Shown: piece after piece, positions 37,729-47,644 of the stretch | Numbering within the stretch: position 1 is the first letter of the stretch | Layout of the letters: each line of letters opens with the position of its first letter | Source of the DNA: Candidatus Latescibacterota bacterium | GTDB lineage: Bacteria; Latescibacterota; UBA2968; UBA8231 | Assembly: GCA_965248265.1 (NCBI GenBank) | Contig: CBDFJF010000001.1 | Location: forward strand, 2,432,001-2,496,000 | Reading direction: 5' to 3' | DNA: 64,000 nucleotides | Program-made: the position numbers and the translations under genes | The notes under the pieces: generated by a model | What the model was told of the DNA's origin: nothing | Database searches by the model: none | Seen by the model: the letters and a program-made list of their open reading frames with translations, nothing else

Positions 37729-38262
37729 ATGCGCGCAGCGACCGAAAGCACACTCGAACGCCTCCAGCTGGTGCTTGGCGATATCACACAGCTGCACGTG
37801 GACGCCATCGTCAATGCCGCCAACGAGTCGCTCTTGGGTGGTGGTGGCGTTGACGGCGCCATCCATCGCGCTGCCGGACCCGAGTTGCTCGTTGAGTGCC
37901 GTACTCTGAATGGCTGCCCGACGGGTGAGGCACGCATGACCGCCGGTTACCGACTGCCGGCCAGCCACATCATCCACACGGTGGGTCCCGTGTACTCGGG
38001 CAGCGCCCGTGACGCTCAACTGTTGAGCGATTGTTACCGCAACAGTCTCCTCCTCGCTGCCGACGCCGGGCTGCAAAGTGTCGCCTTCCCGGCAATAAGT
38101 TGCGGGGTCTACGGCTACCCCATTGAAGAGGCGGCTCCGATCGCCATACATACCTCCTGCCTCCACCTGCGTGACCACGCCTCCCCGTCTGTGGTGATGT
38201 TCGTCCTGTTTAGTGATGCAGATCACCAAACGTACGAACGTCACATGAATTCTCCCTCGTAA
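37729..38262 (+). CDS. Macro-domain protein (YmdB-like O-acetyl-ADP-ribose deacetylase)
   Basis: [48 protein letters not shown]; start ATG 37723 or 37729. Confidence 0.9.
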   Translation: MRAATESTLERLQLVLGDITQLHVDAIVNAANESLLGGGGVDGAIHRAAGPELLVECRTLNGCPTGEARMTAGYRLPASHIIHTVGPVYSGSARDAQLLSDCYRNSLLLAADAGLQSVAFPAISCGVYGYPIEEAAPIAIHTSCLHLRDHASPSVVMFVLFSDADHQTYERHMNSPS

Positions 38263-38425
38263 TCAGCATCATTTGTCTAAGCATTTCTCCGCCGCAGTCG
38301 ATCTAGTAGAGTACTAGGGTTTTTGTCCGCGCCGTGAGGAACAACACTTCCGCCGGCGCGTTCGTTTTCTAGCATCAGGGCGGTGCCATCTCCTTCCCCA
38401 GCGAACCGAAGCGAGAGGAGCCTCA

Positions 38426-39172
38426 ATGCAAGACGCCAGCTATCTCAACATCGACACGGGCGAGCGAGAGACCGTTTTCTTTTTTATGCTGAATGCCTAC
38501 CTGCTCTCCCGCATTGACACGGAGCACGAGTCTACGGAAGACGAGGAGGTCAACGTCTACATGGCCGGTTTGCTGCAGTCTCTGGTAGACGGCAGCTTCC
38601 ATGCCGGCCACGGAGAGTGGTTGGCGACGACGCCAACGGACGTGTTTAGCAAGGTCGAGGAAGGTGACTCCAATCGCCATCGGCTGGAAGTCTACCGCTC
38701 CAATGCCGACTACCGCATGATCACCTTTGGCCTGTTTGCAGGATTTGGCGAACGCCACACCGACCGGCGCTCGCTAAGCACTTCAGGGGATGCCAAGCTG
38801 GAGGAAGCCCAGCAGTACTACGGCTGGGCTGCGCTGTTCAGTGCGCGCATGCCTGAGCGCTATCGCGGCTTGAGTGTCACGTTGGAAAAGCTGGCGGAGA
38901 ATTTCAACACTTACGTGGACGTGCTCTCCTACATGGGAGCCAACTACATGAACTTCATCGAGCGCTTTTCCGCCGGTGAGATGTTTCACCTCGAGCACGA
39001 AGCCCACGAGGCCGCCGTACCCAAAATCCGCGAACAGGTTCTCGACCACATGCTGGACGCCTACAACCAGTGGAAGGCGGAGCCGACACCGAGCAATCGC
39101 AAGTCGCTGACCGAGGCCTCGGCGCAGTACGTGCAGCTAGACCCGAAATTCAACCCTGAGATCTTTGCCTAG
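38426..39172 (+). CDS. Hypothetical all-helical protein
   Basis: 248-aa ORF with GAGGAG RBS and host-like codon usage; fills the gap before the convergent gene. Confidence 0.75.
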   Translation: MQDASYLNIDTGERETVFFFMLNAYLLSRIDTEHESTEDEEVNVYMAGLLQSLVDGSFHAGHGEWLATTPTDVFSKVEEGDSNRHRLEVYRSNADYRMITFGLFAGFGERHTDRRSLSTSGDAKLEEAQQYYGWAALFSARMPERYRGLSVTLEKLAENFNTYVDVLSYMGANYMNFIERFSAGEMFHLEHEAHEAAVPKIREQVLDHMLDAYNQWKAEPTPSNRKSLTEASAQYVQLDPKFNPEIFA

Positions 39173-39174
39173 TC

Positions 39175-39666
39175 CTACAGGCCCAGGATATCCCGGGTCA
39201 GCTTGGGGAAGGAATCCAGTTCGCGAACTTCGTAGCGGTTGCCCTCGACATCTTCGATGAGAGCTCGATTTCGCGGCAGGGCCCGGATCTTGTTCCGGTA
39301 CCCACGCACGTAGATGGTGCGGGGCCCGCTCGATGTCACCACGTCCATGTAAATGACGTTGTGCTCCTCGCCGAGATCCCGAAACTCCGTGATGATGGGC
39401 AGGAAGTAGGTCTTCTCCAGTTCGTGATCGAGGACAGCACTGCTCTCCGTGTCGAGTCGGTGTGGATCTTCGAGCAGTCCCAACTCGCTGCCGTCGGCCT
39501 GGATGAATCCGATATAACGATCGGCATGAACCAGTGGAAACGCGCGCCGGACACGGATGTCCTCATACCTCTTGTCAGCAACCTGGACACACAGGGTGCC
39601 GCGATTCGACCGGTAGATTCGCAAATCCTTCGCATTCAGCTGGTTGTTGTTATCCGTCATCCCCAC
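39175..39666 (-). CDS. DUF1854-like protein
   Basis: VRRAFPL..DRYI, ELEKTYFLPII, IEDVEGNRYE; abuts the ABC transporter stop. Confidence 0.75.
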   Translation of the reverse strand: MGMTDNNNQLNAKDLRIYRSNRGTLCVQVADKRYEDIRVRRAFPLVHADRYIGFIQADGSELGLLEDPHRLDTESSAVLDHELEKTYFLPIITEFRDLGEEHNVIYMDVVTSSGPRTIYVRGYRNKIRALPRNRALIEDVEGNRYEVRELDSFPKLTRDILGL

Positions 39667-42051
39667 TCACACCAGTTGCGCAAGCTTTGTCTGGATGTCG
39701 ACCAGACGCTTGTAGGTTCCATCTTCACGCTGCATCAATTCTTTGTGTGGTCCCACCTCGACGATGCGACCCTTGTCCATGACGATCAACCGGTCCGCGT
39801 TCTTGAGTGTCGACAGGCGATGCGCGATCGCGATGGTGGTGCGATTGGCGATGAGGCGGCTCAGCGCCTGTTGTATTTCTGATTCTGTCTCCGTGTCGAC
39901 GGAGCTCGTCGCCTCATCCATAATCAAAATTCGCGGATCCCCGATCAGGGCACGCGCGATCGAGATCCGCTGGCGCTCGCCCCCGGACAAGCGACCACCG
40001 CGCTCTCCGACCTGGGTGTCATAGCCGTCCGGAAAATTGATGAACTGGTGGGCATTCGCGGCCCGCGCCGATTCCATGATCTGCATCGGTGTCGCGTCCG
40101 GTTTGCCGTAGGCGATGTTCTCGGCGATCGTGCCCTGGAACAACAGCGGTTCCTGCAGCACGACCCCGATTTGAGCCCGCACTCTTTGTTGCTGCAGGTC
40201 TTTTATGGGATGGTCGTCGATGAGAATCTCGCCGTCGGTGGCATCGTAGAATCTGGACGCCAGGTTGGCCAGTGTCGACTTGCCGGCGCCGCTGTGGCCG
40301 ACGATGCCGATCATCTCACCCGGTTCGACCGTGAAACTGACGCGATCCAGGATGCGAGCCAGGCCATCGTAGGTGAAGCTGACATCGCGAAACTCGATCT
40401 TGCCCTCGATGACGCCGGGATCGATCGCCTTGGGCTGATCCTCGACGTCCAGCTCGGTATCGAGGACTTCGAACACACGCTCGGCCGAGGTTGCCGCCTC
40501 TTCCAAACTCTCCGACAGCATGCACAGATCGCGCACCGGTTGGTGGAACATCGTCATGTAGGCGATGAACTGCTGCAGCTCTCCCAGCGACATCCTGTCT
40601 CCGAGCACCATGCCACCACCGAAATACCACAGAATCACTGACCCTACGCTGGTCGTGAAGGTGATCGCTGGCATGAACGTGGCCTTCATCTTGACCTGGG
40701 CCATCATCGACTGGCGCAGCTGCGTGTTCTTGTTGTCGAAGCGGCGATTCTCGCGATTCTCCTGGGCAAAGGACTTGACCACCTTGACCCCGGGTATGGT
40801 ATCGGCCAGCTGCGAGTTGAGCTCCGAAATCCGGCGCCATATTCGATGAAAAACCCAGTGCACCCGTGCCCGGTAGAGCAAAGTGCCCGCAACCATGAAC
40901 GGCGTCGGGATCAAGGCCAGCAGCGCCAGCCGCCAGTTCAGGTAGAACAGCGCCCCGCCGATGCCGATCAAGGTCAGGATCGAGATGGCCATGTCCTGAA
41001 AGCCGACGGTGATGAAATTGCGCATGCGATCGGTGTCACCCGTGACACGTGTCATGATGCGACCGGTGCTGACGCGGTTGTAATAATTGAGCGACAGCAG
41101 CTGCAAGTGTCCAAAGACGGCGGTCTGCAAGTCGTAGACGACGCGCTGACCGAGCCATCCGAGGGTGTATTGGCGGGCACTGCCCATCAGCGTGCGCACG
41201 ATGAACATGCCGAGAAGGCCGACAACCAACCATCCAAGAGTCGGTCCGGATTCGGCCGCCAGAGCCAGCGCGTAGTCAGCGGTTGCTAGCGCGACTTCCT
41301 GCGCCTGCAGTCGTGCCGATTCAGTGACAGCCTCGGCAACGGACTGCTCTGCCTCACTCGCCTTTAGGTAGGCCGCCGACACCGGAAACAGCACATCATC
41401 GATGAGGATCCTGTTCAACAACGGGGGCACGAGGCTGAACCCCGTGAGGACCAGAGTCAGCACGAAACCGATGGTCGCAATCCCGCGGTACCGCTTTACA
41501 TAGGTGAACAGGCGCGAAAAGGTTTCGGATTTGCGGATGCAGTTGAGGCAAATTGTGGTGTCGGCGCGCAGCGCGCGACCACACGTCTTGCAGTGTTCGA
41601 CCTTCGGAGGCGCCAGGGCAGGCGGATCGATCTCCGCCTCATGCGACAGCGGATCGGCCAGGGCTGCTTCCACTGCCAACGGAATTCCCGAGAACTTGTA
41701 GTACGCTCCCTGGGAGAAGCGGACGATCTCGCGGGTTTCGCCCGGCAGGTCGACGACGAGGGCTCCGTTGCCAACGTAGTTTTTCGTGTGGATCTTCTGG
41801 ATGTCGCGCAGAAGAATGGCTTCGATCTCGGGCTCGGACCCACCGTTGGGATGGAGGATCATGAGCCGCTCGTCCGTGAGAGCGAGCCAGGAATCGGCGA
41901 AGTTACCCTCCCGGTCGAGATCGGCTGACAACAACACCATCACCAATTCGCCCGGTTGCAGCTCGTGGCGCAGATGCTTCTCAAGCTCCTCTGGGATGGG
42001 CTCGACTAGTTCCACTCGAAACTCACTCGCGAGCGCACTCGCGACGAGCAC
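39667..42051 (-). CDS. ABC exporter (fused TMD+NBD) with N-terminal cytoplasmic domain and CxxC..CxxC motif
   Basis: GHSGAGKST, LSGGERQR, IMDEATSSVD, IAHRLST; CKTCG..CLNC; start uncertain (42051 or 42015). Confidence 0.88.
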   Translation of the reverse strand: MLVASALASEFRVELVEPIPEELEKHLRHELQPGELVMVLLSADLDREGNFADSWLALTDERLMILHPNGGSEPEIEAILLRDIQKIHTKNYVGNGALVVDLPGETREIVRFSQGAYYKFSGIPLAVEAALADPLSHEAEIDPPALAPPKVEHCKTCGRALRADTTICLNCIRKSETFSRLFTYVKRYRGIATIGFVLTLVLTGFSLVPPLLNRILIDDVLFPVSAAYLKASEAEQSVAEAVTESARLQAQEVALATADYALALAAESGPTLGWLVVGLLGMFIVRTLMGSARQYTLGWLGQRVVYDLQTAVFGHLQLLSLNYYNRVSTGRIMTRVTGDTDRMRNFITVGFQDMAISILTLIGIGGALFYLNWRLALLALIPTPFMVAGTLLYRARVHWVFHRIWRRISELNSQLADTIPGVKVVKSFAQENRENRRFDNKNTQLRQSMMAQVKMKATFMPAITFTTSVGSVILWYFGGGMVLGDRMSLGELQQFIAYMTMFHQPVRDLCMLSESLEEAATSAERVFEVLDTELDVEDQPKAIDPGVIEGKIEFRDVSFTYDGLARILDRVSFTVEPGEMIGIVGHSGAGKSTLANLASRFYDATDGEILIDDHPIKDLQQQRVRAQIGVVLQEPLLFQGTIAENIAYGKPDATPMQIMESARAANAHQFINFPDGYDTQVGERGGRLSGGERQRISIARALIGDPRILIMDEATSSVDTETESEIQQALSRLIANRTTIAIAHRLSTLKNADRLIVMDKGRIVEVGPHKELMQREDGTYKRLVDIQTKLAQLV

Positions 42052-42254
42052 CGGTTGTGCTGCCCGTGCTTCGAAGGCCGGAATTTTCGGTATAAGATAT
42101 TGTTTTTTATTATTTTAGAGATTGGATAGCAAGTTGCGCCGGTGACCGCAACTCGATCTGGTAAGTTAGGCAGAGCCGCGCATGCTTGCAACACAACCGC
42201 TTGAAGGGAAGTAGGTTACGACAGAACCCGCTGGGCGGCGAGGTGCGCGAGGTC

Positions 42255-42273
42255 ACGGTTGTTTGACAACCGT
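42255..42273. promoter_or_regulatory. GntR/FadR-type operator palindrome upstream of glcD
   Basis: ACGGTTGT-ttg-ACAACCGT, perfect 8-bp inverted repeat. Confidence 0.55.
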
Positions 42274-42290
42274 CATCGACAGTCGTTGTG

Positions 42291-42334
42291 CGTGACATTG
42301 TTGCTGTATTATCGTGATATTATTGCTGTATTAT
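42291..42334. repeat. 22-bp AT-rich tandem repeat upstream of glcD
   Basis: CGTGACATTGTTGCTGTATTAT / CGTGATATTATTGCTGTATTAT (2 mismatches). Confidence 0.75.
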
Positions 42335-42369
42335 ATTGTTTTTATTGACTTTTTTCAGGGAGTTCCCGT

Positions 42370-43860
42370 TTGGATTTACCACAACCGAATCCGCAGAAAC
42401 TGCAGCTCCGGGATGAGGTCATCCTACAGCTGTCCCGGGCGTTGCTACCTGACCAGGTCATTCACAGGGCTGAGGACCTCATCGTCTATGAGTGCGACGC
42501 CCTTTCAGCTTACCGACAGCTGCCAATGGCTGTCGTCCTGCCATCGTCGACGGACGAGGTCGCCGCCGCCATACGCGTCTGCGCCGGCCTGGAGATTCCG
42601 ATCATTCCGTGGGGAGCCGGCACCGGCCTCTCAGGGGGAGCACTGCCGCGTCAGGACGGGGTCGTCATCAGCCTCGCCCGCATGAACCGGATCCTCGATA
42701 TCGATCTCGACAATGGAACGGCCACGGTGGAGCCTGGCGTCACCAACCTCGCCGTGTCGAACGCCGTTGCGGCGGCTGGTTTTTACTACGCTCCGGACCC
42801 TTCGAGCCAACTCGCCTGCACCATCGGCGGCAATATCGCCGAAAACTCTGGTGGGGTGCATTGTCTCAAGTACGGCACCACGACCAACAATGTCCTGGGA
42901 TTGGAGATCGTGCTCGCCGACGGTACGATCGTCGACGTCGGCGGCAAAGCCATGGAACGCGCCGGTTATGATTTGCTGGCATTGATGACGGGTTCGGAGG
43001 GACTGCTCGGCATCATTACCAAGGCCACACTGCGGTTGCTGCGACGGCCCGAGCTTGCCCGGACGATGATGGCGGTCTACGACAGCGTCGAGACTGCCGC
43101 TCAGGCGGTCGCCGACATCATCGCCGCCGGCATGGTTCCGGCAGGCATGGAAATCATGGACCGTTTGGCGATCGAGGCGGTTGAGGACTTTTTGAGTTGC
43201 GGCTACCCGCGTGGGGTTGAGTCATTGCTGTTGGTCGAGCTTGATGGCTCAACCGCTGAAGTAGAGGCTCACGCAGGACACCTCGAACAGCTGTTGGAGC
43301 AGTCGGGCGCCACCGAGATCCGCCGGGCAAACTCGGAAGAAGAGCGGCAGAACTTTTGGGCCGGACGCAAAGCCGCGTTCCCGGCGATGGGACGGATTAC
43401 ACCCGACTATTACTGCATGGATGGTACCATCCCGCGTGGCCGCCTGGCCGAAGTATTGCGGCAGATCCAGGAGTTGTCTGCGAAGTACAACCTGGCCGTG
43501 GCCAACGTCTTTCACGCCGGTGACGGCAACCTGCATCCGCTGATACTGTACGATGGCAACCAACCCGAACAGTTAGAGAAAGCCGAACGTTTCGGAGCCG
43601 AGATACTGCAGCTGTGCGTCAAGGTCGGAGGCGTCCTCAGCGGCGAACACGGAATCGGCATCGAGAAACGCGATCTGATGCCGTGCATGTTCGGGGACGC
43701 CGATCTCGACTCGCAGGAACGCATAAAATCCGGTTTCGATCCGGCCAACATCCTCAATCCCGGCAAGGTATATCCTATTCTGAGGCGGGGGTGCATCGAG
43801 GGCGGGAAAATGCACGTCCACGGAGGTGACCTGCCATTCCCTGAGTTGGAGCGATTCTGA
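42370..43860 (+). CDS. glcD: Glycolate oxidase subunit GlcD (FAD-linked oxidase)
   Basis: YECDAL, GAGTGLSGG, PDPSSQ.ACTIGGNIAENSGGVHCLKYG, FHAGDGNLHP, GEHGIG, C-terminal LPFPELERF. Confidence 0.9.
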   Translation: MDLPQPNPQKLQLRDEVILQLSRALLPDQVIHRAEDLIVYECDALSAYRQLPMAVVLPSSTDEVAAAIRVCAGLEIPIIPWGAGTGLSGGALPRQDGVVISLARMNRILDIDLDNGTATVEPGVTNLAVSNAVAAAGFYYAPDPSSQLACTIGGNIAENSGGVHCLKYGTTTNNVLGLEIVLADGTIVDVGGKAMERAGYDLLALMTGSEGLLGIITKATLRLLRRPELARTMMAVYDSVETAAQAVADIIAAGMVPAGMEIMDRLAIEAVEDFLSCGYPRGVESLLLVELDGSTAEVEAHAGHLEQLLEQSGATEIRRANSEEERQNFWAGRKAAFPAMGRITPDYYCMDGTIPRGRLAEVLRQIQELSAKYNLAVANVFHAGDGNLHPLILYDGNQPEQLEKAERFGAEILQLCVKVGGVLSGEHGIGIEKRDLMPCMFGDADLDSQERIKSGFDPANILNPGKVYPILRRGCIEGGKMHVHGGDLPFPELERF

Positions 43861-43945
43861 GAATGGCGAAACCTTGCAGACTGGAGCGGATCTCCGGCAA
43901 CCGTCTGCCTGGGATCCAGCCTGCCCTGGTCACCGAGGTTCCTCG

Positions 43946-45112
43946 ATGACGGAGCTCGTGCACCGGCCCACGGATGTCGACGCCCTTCAAGACGCCGTGC
44001 GCACGGCTACTGGCGGCCTGCGGATCGCCGGTGCAGGCACCAAGAGTTCGCTCGGTCGCTCCGTGAACGCCAGTGCCACCATTGATGCCACCGGATTGCG
44101 CGGCATCGTCACCTACGAACCCGCCGAACTCATTCTGGTAGCGCGACCGGGAACTCCGTTGACTGAGGTGGAGGAGTTGTTGGCCGCCGAAGGACAGCAC
44201 CTTGCATTCGAGCCACCGCACTGGGGAGATACGGCAACCCTGGGAGGCACCGTCGCCTGCGGTCTGTCCGGTCCACGCCGCTTCAAAGCCGGTGCACTGC
44301 GAGATTTCATGCTGGGGGCGCAGATCGTCGATGGCGACGGCGAGTGCACACGCTCAGGGGGCCGCGTAGTCAAGAACGTCACCGGTTACGATATACCCCG
44401 CCTCTTGTGCGGGTCATTCGGTACGTTGGGTATCCTCACGGAGGTGTGCCTGAAACTGTGGCCCCGTCCGGAACTTGCGCAGACCCTCATCCTGCATGGG
44501 CAATCGCCGCAGTCGGCGTTGTCCGCTTTGCTGCAGTGGGCCCGATCCCCGTATGAGATAACCGGCCTGGCGTATCAACCCGGCGACGCACATCGTCGAG
44601 CACGCACCCTGTTGCGTCTCGAGGGTGCCGAAGGTGCCGTGGTGCGACAGGCCGCATCCCTCAAAGATGCGATCGCGGCCGACAACGGCGGCAGTGCCGA
44701 ACTAGAAATCGTCGACGCCGACAACTCCGCGGCAATCTGGGCGGAGGTGAAGGAACGACCCGTGCCTGTCGATGGAGATTCACAGCGTTGGCGCTTCGCG
44801 CTACCCCCGGCAAGCGCCAACGAGTTAATCGAAGGGTTGGGAGAGTTGGGGCTGGAGCGCTACCTCGTAGACTGGGCCGGCGGACTGGTGTGGGCTGTCC
44901 TGCCGGCCGCCTCCGACCCCGTGCGCCTGCATTCGCTGGCAACGGACGGCGCCGGAACAGCCTGGCGTTTCGCGGACGGACCCGGGGATGCCAACCAGAA
45001 TGCGTTCTCTCCGTTGGAACCCACCCTGGAGCGCCTCAACCGCACCCTCAAGACCTCCATGGATCCGAGAGGGGTGCTCAATCCCGGGCTCATGCTGCCT
45101 GTGGACGAATGA
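43946..45112 (+). CDS. glcE: Glycolate oxidase FAD-binding subunit GlcE
   Basis: YEPAEL, LAFEPP, TLGGTVACGLSGPRR, GGRVVKNVTGYD, DWAGG, DPRGVLNPG; ATG 43946. Confidence 0.88.
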   Translation: MTELVHRPTDVDALQDAVRTATGGLRIAGAGTKSSLGRSVNASATIDATGLRGIVTYEPAELILVARPGTPLTEVEELLAAEGQHLAFEPPHWGDTATLGGTVACGLSGPRRFKAGALRDFMLGAQIVDGDGECTRSGGRVVKNVTGYDIPRLLCGSFGTLGILTEVCLKLWPRPELAQTLILHGQSPQSALSALLQWARSPYEITGLAYQPGDAHRRARTLLRLEGAEGAVVRQAASLKDAIAADNGGSAELEIVDADNSAAIWAEVKERPVPVDGDSQRWRFALPPASANELIEGLGELGLERYLVDWAGGLVWAVLPAASDPVRLHSLATDGAGTAWRFADGPGDANQNAFSPLEPTLERLNRTLKTSMDPRGVLNPGLMLPVDE

Positions 45113-45160
45113 GTCGATCCAATTGATTTGGCCGATTGAATCTGGCTGGGTGGGTTTGAC

Positions 45161-46345
45161 TCAGTATATCTGGCCAGAGCGATACCCCGGCGGTTTAGTG
45201 GCGTTGCCGCTCAACCACTCCGCCCGCCGGTCTCGGGCGTACACGTACTGGTAGTCGTAAGCGTCATCTGGGGGTGCGATGTTGCCGGTCGACGGGTACT
45301 TGGCGATCGCCTGTTCCACTAGATCAACACCTAGACCGGGCGCCGCGGGTACCGCGATGTGGCTGTCCTCGACCTGCGGCTGGCCGCTCATGACCTCATA
45401 ACGCTGCGGAACATCGTCTTCGAGATGTTCCAGGATGAGGAAGTTGGGCAGGGTCGCCATCAAGTGGACGGCCGCCATCTCCGCAACCGGTCCCAGCGAG
45501 CCATCGTGCGGTGCCACCGTGATGTGATGCGCCTCCGCCATGGCGGCGATCTTCTTCATCTGCATCAGGCCGCCGGCACGACCGGTGTCGGGCTGAACGA
45601 CATCGATGATCTCGCTCTCGATCAGCTCCTGCACTCCCCATATCATCGCGTGACGTTCGCCGGCGCCTATGGGAATGTCGACAGCCTCGGCGACCCTTCG
45701 CAGCGCCTCCACGTGCTCCGGAGCCACCGGATCTTCGTAGAACAGGAGGTTGAACGGCTCCAGCTTCTTGCCCATGGAAATGGCATCGGACGTCGTCATC
45801 CATGGCGGGCCGTGCACGTCCACCATCAGATCGACTTCATCTCCAACAGCGGTGCGAATGGCCTCGAGGTTGGCGAGTAAATTCGGTACACCGCCTGTCT
45901 TCACCGCAGTGTACCCGGCGTCGATTCGCTTCTTAGCCTGATCGGGCGAGTGGGCATGAGCATACACCCGAACCCGGTCACGCATCTTGCCACCGAGCAG
46001 TTCATATACCGGTACATCGAGGGCCTTGCCCTTGATATCCCACAACGCCATCTCGATGCCGGTCATGGCGCCGCTGCCAACGATTCCGGTCATGCCGTGC
46101 CCCATTATCCCACACAACATCTTGTGCCAGATGCGCTCGATGGCGAAAGGTTCTTCCCCGATCACGATGGGGGCCAGATCCTGGATAGCCGTCTCTACGA
46201 CCCTAGGCCAACCACTGGCCTCTCCCACTCCGTAGATGCCACTGTCCGTATGCACCCGGACGAAGAGCCAGTTCCTGGCGTTCCAACCCCCGACCTCAGC
46301 CGGCGCCGCGTGCATCAAGAAGGTCTCTATCTCGGTTATCTTCAT
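45161..46345 (-). CDS. Mandelate racemase/muconate lactonizing enzyme-family dehydratase (galactonate dehydratase-like)
   Basis: WLFVRVHTD.G..GVGE, ALWDIKGK, MVDVH, EDP, GER, QPD, APH. Confidence 0.85.
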   Translation of the reverse strand: MKITEIETFLMHAAPAEVGGWNARNWLFVRVHTDSGIYGVGEASGWPRVVETAIQDLAPIVIGEEPFAIERIWHKMLCGIMGHGMTGIVGSGAMTGIEMALWDIKGKALDVPVYELLGGKMRDRVRVYAHAHSPDQAKKRIDAGYTAVKTGGVPNLLANLEAIRTAVGDEVDLMVDVHGPPWMTTSDAISMGKKLEPFNLLFYEDPVAPEHVEALRRVAEAVDIPIGAGERHAMIWGVQELIESEIIDVVQPDTGRAGGLMQMKKIAAMAEAHHITVAPHDGSLGPVAEMAAVHLMATLPNFLILEHLEDDVPQRYEVMSGQPQVEDSHIAVPAAPGLGVDLVEQAIAKYPSTGNIAPPDDAYDYQYVYARDRRAEWLSGNATKPPGYRSGQIY

Positions 46346-46464
46346 CAGCACTCTCCGCATCGATAGTGTGGTCGATCCCCGCGCTTTTGGCGGCCGCCGA
46401 ATCTAGGTATTCGACCGTCGTTTCTCCAGGGCTCGAAGGCCATGTGGAGGACGACCCTACTCGA

Positions 46465-46492
46465 TTGACAGACGTCGGGTATCCACTATATT
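46465..46492 (+). promoter_or_regulatory. Sigma70-type promoter upstream of the ispB-apbE-secDF unit
   Basis: TTGACA-16 bp-TATATT. Confidence 0.5.
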
Positions 46493-46658
46493 GGGGGGCT
46501 CTATCGTTGTATTTACTGGCAGTTACGACAATGCCCGGCGCAGCCGGCCGGCGGCGTACCGCCCCTACTACAACCCGACGGAAGCGGGTGCCGCTCGCCA
46601 GTTAGGTGGGCGACCTCGTGCCGCCAAAACGGCACACCGCTGTCCTTGCCGAGGTCGC

Positions 46659-47627
46659 ATGGAGCAGCTTCTGGGCCCCATCCAGCACGAGATCGATCTA
46701 TTCGAGCGACGGCTGGATGAGCGCCTCGAATCGGATGTCGAGTTGGTCCATGAAGTGGCTCGCTACATGGCCATGCTGAAGGGCAAGAGGCTGCGGCCAG
46801 CCCTGGTCGTCTTATGTGCCAAGGCGACGGGAAAGTGGGACGATCGCGTCATCGATGCCGGCGTCGGCGTCGAGATGATCCATGCGGCGACCGTTATCCA
46901 TGATGATGTCATCGACGACTCGACCACTCGTCGCGGCCAGGCTTCGGTAAACGAAAAGTGGAATGACCACGTCGCCGTGTTGATGGGCGATTTTCTCCTC
47001 GCCCGGGCGCTTTGCATACTCGTAGACCTGGACAATCTCGAAGCCATGGGTGTGGTGTCTCGCGCCACGGAGCGCCTCAGCCAGGGTGAGATCTACGAAT
47101 TCCAGATAGGACTTCAGTCCGATACTCGTGAAACGTCCTACCTGGCCATGGTTGGGGACAAAACCGCTTCGCTGATCACGGCAGCGTGCAAGATAGGCCC
47201 GCTTATTGTCGGCGCTGAGAAACGCGTCGTGGATGCACTGGCACAATACGGAGAGTACCTCGGCCTGGCCTTCCAGATCGCGGATGATCTGCTCGATTTC
47301 ACCGGCGACGCGCTACGACTGGGCAAGCCGGTCGGCCATGATCTACGTGAGGGCAAGATCACCCTGCCGCTCATCCATGCCCTGGCATCGGCGCCCGAGG
47401 CGGATCGCGCCGAAGTCGAGCGGGTGCTGCGACAGGACACCAAGACGGAAGAGGACTGGGGAAGCGTAGTCCGCTTCGTGGAAGACAACGATGGCTTGGA
47501 CACAGCCGTCGAGCAGGCTCGAGGCTATGCGGCCAAGGCGCAGGAGTGCCTGGAGGAGTTGGAGCCCTCCGTGCCGCGAACCATTCTGGAGACCGCCGTC
47601 CGGCTCGTCGTCGAGCGTGACAACTGA
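46659..47627 (+). CDS. ispB: Long-chain trans-polyprenyl diphosphate synthase (IspB/HepT-like)
   Basis: GKRLRP, IHDDVIDD..RRG, GDFL, KTA, FQIADD, GK..G.DLREGK.TLP; ATG 46659 with GAGG RBS. Confidence 0.85.
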   Translation: MEQLLGPIQHEIDLFERRLDERLESDVELVHEVARYMAMLKGKRLRPALVVLCAKATGKWDDRVIDAGVGVEMIHAATVIHDDVIDDSTTRRGQASVNEKWNDHVAVLMGDFLLARALCILVDLDNLEAMGVVSRATERLSQGEIYEFQIGLQSDTRETSYLAMVGDKTASLITAACKIGPLIVGAEKRVVDALAQYGEYLGLAFQIADDLLDFTGDALRLGKPVGHDLREGKITLPLIHALASAPEADRAEVERVLRQDTKTEEDWGSVVRFVEDNDGLDTAVEQARGYAAKAQECLEELEPSVPRTILETAVRLVVERDN

Positions 47628-47644
47628 ATTCGGGAGCCATCGAC

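Noticed and set aside
40030-40055. ABC NBD segment AHQFINFPDGY looks one residue shorter than the usual AHxFIxxxPDGY
   Set aside because: In-frame, and may be natural variation or a collapsed repeat codon; cannot be judged without an alignment
42123-42137. TGGATA-N5-TTGC sigma54-like site on the plus strand upstream of glcD
   Set aside because: GG-N10-GC spacing is right, but the -24 element lacks CAC, it is about 230 bp from glcD, and the TGGGAC UAS motif is not nearby
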